DNA of 64,000 nucleotides from Candidatus Neptunichlamydia sp. (GTDB lineage Bacteria; Chlamydiota; Chlamydiia; Chlamydiales; Simkaniaceae): NCBI GenBank assembly GCA_965233865.1, contig OZ247587.1, positions 1,280,001 to 1,344,000 of the forward strand, read 5' to 3'. Shown piece by piece: positions 60,201 to 64,000 of this stretch (position 1 is its first letter; each line of letters starts with the position of its first letter). The notes under the pieces were generated by a model. It saw only the letters and a program-made list of their open reading frames with translations, ran no database searches and was not told where the DNA came from. The position numbers and the translations under genes were made by a program.

Positions 60201-60926
60201 AAGGAGAAAGAATTCCTAGGGTTTTATCTAACGGGTCATCCAATGGATGAATATAGAGCGTTTATTGATGAACTAGGCTGCCTTCCATTGCGGGAACTAG
60301 GCTCAGTCAAAAATGGAGCAGTCGTCAAAGTGGCATGCATCATTGAAAGTGTGAAAGTAAAGATTTCTCAAAAAACACAGAAAAAATTTGCGATATTGGT
60401 TATTAGTGATGGGATAGAGCGATTTGAGCTTCCTGTTTGGCCAGGCATGTATGATGAACATAGCGCTTTTTTTGTAAAAAACCAACTTCTGTTTTCGATT
60501 CTTCAAGTTGAAAATGAAGAGGATGCGATTAAGCTTCGGTGTCGCTCCCTAGAAGACTTAACAACTATTACTGAAGAAAATATGGGGCAGTTTGATGCTC
60601 TTTATGAACAGGTCAAGCAGGTCACAAAATCTGATGCCCGTCGCAAAAAAAAACAAAATGTGGAGAAAATAATGGATTCAAGTGACAACAAAAAACTCCA
60701 ACTGACTCTGGACGTAAATAGCATTCATTTATCAGAAATTGTAAAGCTCAAAAATCTTTTTCATAAATATCCTGGAAGCGCCCCCGTCCATATTATTTTC
60801 AATAGTGCTCATCAAAAAATTGGAGTTGTAGAAGTGGAATCCAAGTGGGGTGTGGGCTGGAATTCAGAGCTGGAAAACAGAATAAAATCATTTTCTTTCA
60901 TTCAGGACTTTTCTTTTGAAGAGTGA
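57204..60926 (+). CDS. dnaE: DNA polymerase III alpha subunit
   Basis: LHVHSQYS, GPGRGSGAGS, PDIDVD, KIDFLGL, YGFNKSHAAAY. Confidence 0.98.
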   Translation: MGWTPLHVHSQYSILDSTASVQLLAKKAKEFRMEALALTDFCNMFGVVDFFKACKKEGIKPIIGTKVVVAPLSRHDKKRISGHSVGYPLILLAKDREGYQNLCKISSIGYLEGFYYTPRVDKEVLEKYSKGLICLSGPITSRLSQFIIQERKEEFEDELKWQLDLYGENFYFELQRHQMHEEQIKSEGIEKESWLYQQYLDRVKNQEKVNNQFIALSKEKGISCVATNGTHYIDRGDWRAHEILMNVQSGEPVEVIERDSFGNPRGISLNPKRKVIPTHELYFKSSEEMMALFADVPEAIENTGKIAVLCNMELDFETKYYPVFVPPYLEGTEYSEKTRVEEAANFLRTLCKEGIPNRYTPEHLAKVQEKHPDQNPMDVVTKRLEGELEIIISKGMCDYLLIVYDFIAWAKNKGIPVGPGRGSGAGSIILYLIGITDIEPLRFNLFFERFINPERMSYPDIDVDICMDRRAEVIEYTLKKYGKEKVAQIITFGTMKAKMAIKDVGRVLSVPLAKVNEIAKLVPEDPTMTLERALKLDPELRRIAESDEDGKRVLEYARRLEGSIRNTGIHAAGLIICGDPLTDHIPICSAKDSELAATQYSMKPVEAVGMLKIDFLGLKTLTSIQKTVDAIAERGGERIDWVNLPLEDQNTFNLLNQGKTQGVFQLESTGMQELAKRLHIDKFEEIIAVGALYRPGPMEMIPSFINRKHGREKIEVDHPLMEDVIQETYGIMVYQEQVMQIASLLADYSLGEGDVLRRAMGKKDRDEMAKQREKFRSGAIQKGISENKAMKIFDKIEKFASYGFNKSHAAAYGYLSYVTAFLKANYPKEWLAALMTCDSDDLTKVSKHIRECEAMGIKILPPDVNESGTEFAAAPSGIRFAMSGIKGVGRGVVEAIFEERKKKGSYKSFYDFFKRIDLTRVGKKVVENLVDAGSFDFTTWTRQELLESVEPMFEQTSREQKEAAKGVMDFFSMIEDEGKSPFLTPPIVERQQEKKEILVKEKEFLGFYLTGHPMDEYRAFIDELGCLPLRELGSVKNGAVVKVACIIESVKVKISQKTQKKFAILVISDGIERFELPVWPGMYDEHSAFFVKNQLLFSILQVENEEDAIKLRCRSLEDLTTITEENMGQFDALYEQVKQVTKSDARRKKKQNVEKIMDSSDNKKLQLTLDVNSIHLSEIVKLKNLFHKYPGSAPVHIIFNSAHQKIGVVEVESKWGVGWNSELENRIKSFSFIQDFSFEE

Positions 60927-60944
60927 ACCGATATACTAACAAAC

Positions 60945-61919
60945 ATGAAAAAAGTAGCGATCATCTTTCTCATTTGTTTTGGAGCGCTTAGCGCGAACCC
61001 TCTTGACCCGGTCATTCGTAGTCAGATCAATATTCATCAGTACTATTCAAAAATGATCGACCATTATCAAAATGAAGATTGGCAGAAACTGTCTTGGAAA
61101 TGCCAAGACTTTATTGCTGATTTTCCGACGAGTCCTTTTTCCCGTGAAGCCCTGTACTATTTAGGGGTTGCTCATTACAAGTTGGGGAAATTGGAACATG
61201 CAAATCAGATTTTTTCTGATTACTTAAAGGAAGAATTGACGCCGAAGGTTTTTGACCAAGTTATTCGCTATAAATTTGAAATTGCTCGCGGGTTTGACGA
61301 AGGGGCAAGGATTCACTTATTTGGTTGGCAGAGGATGCCCAAGTGGCTTCCTGCATATGATGAAGCACTTGAGATTTATGATGAAGTGATTACAACCCTT
61401 CCACGAGATGATTTAGCTGCTCAATCACTCTATAGAAAAGGAATAATTTTGCTTCGAATGGAAGAATACAAAAAGAGTATTGAAGCATTTCAAACATTGA
61501 TTCGTCGTTTTCCTAAACACCCACTTTCCCCTGATGGATATGTTAGAATTAGTGAAGTTTACCTTACTGAGTGTGATCAGAAATTCCCTGATGCTAATAA
61601 GCTTGATTTAGCGGAGATTAACCTCCGTAAATTTCGCTACCACTTCCCAAGTGAACCTCGCATTACTGAGGCTGAGCAGAAGTTATTAGGAATGAAGGAG
61701 CGCCTTGCCAATGATCTATTAGAGATCGCTGAGTTCTATGAAAGAACGAAGAAGAAAAAAGCTGCTGCGATTTACTATGCGACAATCCTTAAGAAATATC
61801 CAGAAACCAAAGCAGCAAATAAGTCTAAAAAACGACTAAAAGTTCTTGATGTCCCCGATATTTACTCGAATAAAAAGTCCCAGAAAAGGGCGATTACTAT
61901 GGATAGCTCTGCTGAGTAG
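60945..61919 (+). CDS. BamD/YfiO-like TPR protein
   Basis: Signal peptide; repeated TPR-like units ending FP/YP; AEFYER..K.KAA.IYY. Confidence 0.75.
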   Translation: MKKVAIIFLICFGALSANPLDPVIRSQINIHQYYSKMIDHYQNEDWQKLSWKCQDFIADFPTSPFSREALYYLGVAHYKLGKLEHANQIFSDYLKEELTPKVFDQVIRYKFEIARGFDEGARIHLFGWQRMPKWLPAYDEALEIYDEVITTLPRDDLAAQSLYRKGIILLRMEEYKKSIEAFQTLIRRFPKHPLSPDGYVRISEVYLTECDQKFPDANKLDLAEINLRKFRYHFPSEPRITEAEQKLLGMKERLANDLLEIAEFYERTKKKKAAAIYYATILKKYPETKAANKSKKRLKVLDVPDIYSNKKSQKRAITMDSSAE

Positions 61920-62511
61920 CAGCCTCTTGTCATCGTGCGGTTATCAGGCTGGTGATGATGCGGCCCTTTCTGCTTTCCCCACCATTTCTGTTCCCTATTT
62001 TAATGGGGACCAGAGTGGGGTGCTTACCGATATTGTTGTTAAATCTCTCAGCAGTTCTGGTGTTTTCAACTACGCTAATCGAGGAGGAGCACTCACCTTA
62101 GAGGGCAAGATTATCTCAGATAACTGCGAAAACATTGGGTATCAATATGATCGTCATCCTGTATCAGGAGAGAAGATCAACCGTCTTGTTCCCAATGAAG
62201 GGCGTAGAGAAGTAACAGTTGAGATCAACTTAATCGATACCCGTTCCCTTAAGACTCTTTACGGTCCATTTGTTGTTGCAGCATATAGCGATTACGACTT
62301 TGTTGATTCAGATTCTCTCCAAGATGCCTCGTTCATGAATGCAAAGGGGATTCGAGAATCGGTTCTCTTTTTCTCTCTTGGTCAGCTCGACTCGATCAAT
62401 GGAGCCAAAGCAGCCTCATTAGATCCGATTTACCACCGCCTTGCCACCAAAATCACCGAAGGGCTTTCCAATCTTTCCTATAATATTGAAGCGCTTATCG
62501 ATGTAGAGTAA
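61846..62511 (+). CDS. LptE-like lipoprotein
   Basis: Lipobox LSSC followed by GY; TISVPY motif. Confidence 0.65.
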   Translation: MMSPIFTRIKSPRKGRLLWIALLSSSLLSSCGYQAGDDAALSAFPTISVPYFNGDQSGVLTDIVVKSLSSSGVFNYANRGGALTLEGKIISDNCENIGYQYDRHPVSGEKINRLVPNEGRREVTVEINLIDTRSLKTLYGPFVVAAYSDYDFVDSDSLQDASFMNAKGIRESVLFFSLGQLDSINGAKAASLDPIYHRLATKITEGLSNLSYNIEALIDVE

Positions 62512-62553
62512 TACCATTTATCGAAAATAATTTGGTGAATGGTATAACATTTT

Positions 62554-62982
62554 ATGTATGATAAGCTCATGGAAGAGCAAAAATCATTTACTGCGACTCT
62601 GAATGACCTATATGCAATGCTTGGGTGGATCCGCGAGAAACTTGAGCAAACTGGCCTATCAGACGTTGAGGTGAGGCGGATTGAAATTGCACTGGAAGAA
62701 GGGCTTGTGAATGTGATTTCCTATGCGTATCAATGGAAAAAGGGGACGATTGAGCTTTCCATCCAGTTTAAAGAGGGAAAATATGTAGAAATTACGATCG
62801 AAGATTCGGGGCTGCCCTTCAATCCGTTAAAACATAAGAGAAAAGACGATCTTTTTATGCCTATTGAAGAGTTGGAAGAAGGAGGATTGGGTATTTTGTT
62901 CATGCAAAGGCTTATGGATAAAATAGAGTACCAAAGGGTCAAGAAAAAAAACCAGCTTATTATGCGGAAAAATCTACCTTAA
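62554..62982 (+). CDS. rsbW: Anti-sigma factor Ser kinase
   Basis: EEGLVNVISYAY, EDSGLPFNP, GGLGI. Confidence 0.9.
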   Translation: MYDKLMEEQKSFTATLNDLYAMLGWIREKLEQTGLSDVEVRRIEIALEEGLVNVISYAYQWKKGTIELSIQFKEGKYVEITIEDSGLPFNPLKHKRKDDLFMPIEELEEGGLGILFMQRLMDKIEYQRVKKKNQLIMRKNLP

Positions 62983-63028
62983 AAACCTTCTTGAGGTGTA
63001 TGATTATAATTTAATTTGGAGGTTTCTC

Positions 63029-64000
63029 TTGAGAGTCTTGGCTACTTTTCTTTTGTTGTTTTTTTCGTTTGGATGCAGTAAAAATGCCACCTGTAAGAAA
63101 GGTAATCGCCCGCTTAAGATTTGTTTTAGTGAAGAGATGCGCGTTCTGGATCCTCGACTTGGAGGAGATGAACCGACTACTCATGTCATTCGAATGCTTT
63201 TTGATGGGCTTATGAGACGAAATGCAGAAGGGAAAGTGGTTCCTGCTATTGCTGAAAGTTATAATGTTTTTGAGAATAGTACTGTTTATATCTTCCATTT
63301 AAGAAAAGCTCTCTGGAGCGATGGCCATCCTGTAACTGCACATGATTTTGAATATGCTTGGAAAAAGTCGCTTGATCCAAAAACTCTCAGCCACGGGGCT
63401 CAAAATTTTTATATGATCAAGAATGCTAAGGAATCCGTAGAGGGACTAGTTCCTCCCAATGAAATTGGGGTTTTGGCTCTTGATGATCTTACGTTAAGAG
63501 TCGAACTAGCTTGCCCTGTGCCGTACTTTGTGGATGCTTTGCTCTGTACCATGTTTTCTCCAATTCCAAAACATGTTGCTCTAGAGGATCCAATGTGGGC
63601 TTTTCGCACGGATGAATCCTTCGTTTCAAATGGGCCTTTTCGCTTAAAAAAATGGCACCATGGAAATGATATTATACTAGAAAAAAATCGACTGTATTGG
63701 GATCAAGAAAGTGTATTGATTCCCGGAATTGAGGCTTGCTTTGTTGAAGAGGGGGCGACGCAGCTGTATCTCTTTGAGAAGAAAGAGACAGACTGGTTTG
63801 GAAGCGCAATTAATAAGGCTTCTCCAGAAATATATAAGAGTATCCAAAAGACTCCTTGCTACGAAACCGTGGAAAGCCCCACGATGTTCTGGTATTTCAT
63901 TAACACGGAGAGATTCCCTTTTAATCATGCAAAGATTCGTAAGGCATTCTCTTATGCTCTTGATCGAAAAGGTATTGTGGCAGCTGCGTTTGAGGGAGTT
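63029..64000 (+). CDS. oppA: Oligopeptide ABC substrate-binding lipoprotein (runs off the window end; not in the ORF track)
   Basis: TTG start after GGAGG, lipobox-like SFGC, LDPR, LFDGLMR, WSDGHPVTAHDFEYAWK, SNGPF. Confidence 0.85.
   Translation, partial: MRVLATFLLLFFSFGCSKNATCKKGNRPLKICFSEEMRVLDPRLGGDEPTTHVIRMLFDGLMRRNAEGKVVPAIAESYNVFENSTVYIFHLRKALWSDGHPVTAHDFEYAWKKSLDPKTLSHGAQNFYMIKNAKESVEGLVPPNEIGVLALDDLTLRVELACPVPYFVDALLCTMFSPIPKHVALEDPMWAFRTDESFVSNGPFRLKKWHHGNDIILEKNRLYWDQESVLIPGIEACFVEEGATQLYLFEKKETDWFGSAINKASPEIYKSIQKTPCYETVESPTMFWYFINTERFPFNHAKIRKAFSYALDRKGIVAAAFEGV

Noticed and set aside
11433..62942. Numerous 60-145 aa ORFs overlapping core genes in other frames or strands
   Set aside because: Shadow ORFs with no motifs, fully inside well-supported genes
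63011..63928. Three short minus-strand ORFs at the window end
   Set aside because: Shadows of the plus-strand oppA that runs off the window

Overview
AT-rich bacterial chromosome segment, very likely from an environmental Chlamydiae (Simkania-like; inferred from the chlamydial-type gene order trxA-trmL-mip-aspS-hisS-uhpC-dnaE-bamD-like-lptE-like-rsbW, lpdA-lipA, mutL-pepP, mnmG..lplA and tatD-sdhCAB). Positions ~11.4-64 kb are mostly core genes, plus tRNA-Ser(GCT), an IS5-disrupted OPT transporter pseudogene, two MITE-like elements and a few signalling and surface proteins. Positions 1-11.3 kb form an accessory effector/toxin island. Its most notable feature is a repeated two-gene cassette: five paralogous coiled-coil + one-zinc RING/U-box-like proteins (putative E3 ligase mimics), each directly followed by a partner gene with a conserved N-terminus (MS.PNHP...AL.A[FY]R...GY[SA]PGFY) and a variable C-terminus, one type of which looks like a Cys-His papain/NlpC-P60-like domain. 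The cassettes sit in two operon-like arrays with a shared promoter motif and show duplication, shuffling and IS truncation. The island also holds a frameshift-split, signal-peptide-bearing URI/GIY-YIG nuclease toxin with an Imm26-like immunity gene, the 3' end of an M91-like HExxH metalloprotease, and IS200, IS630, ParB-like and ankyrin remnants. All family calls come from reading motifs by eye; no searches were run.
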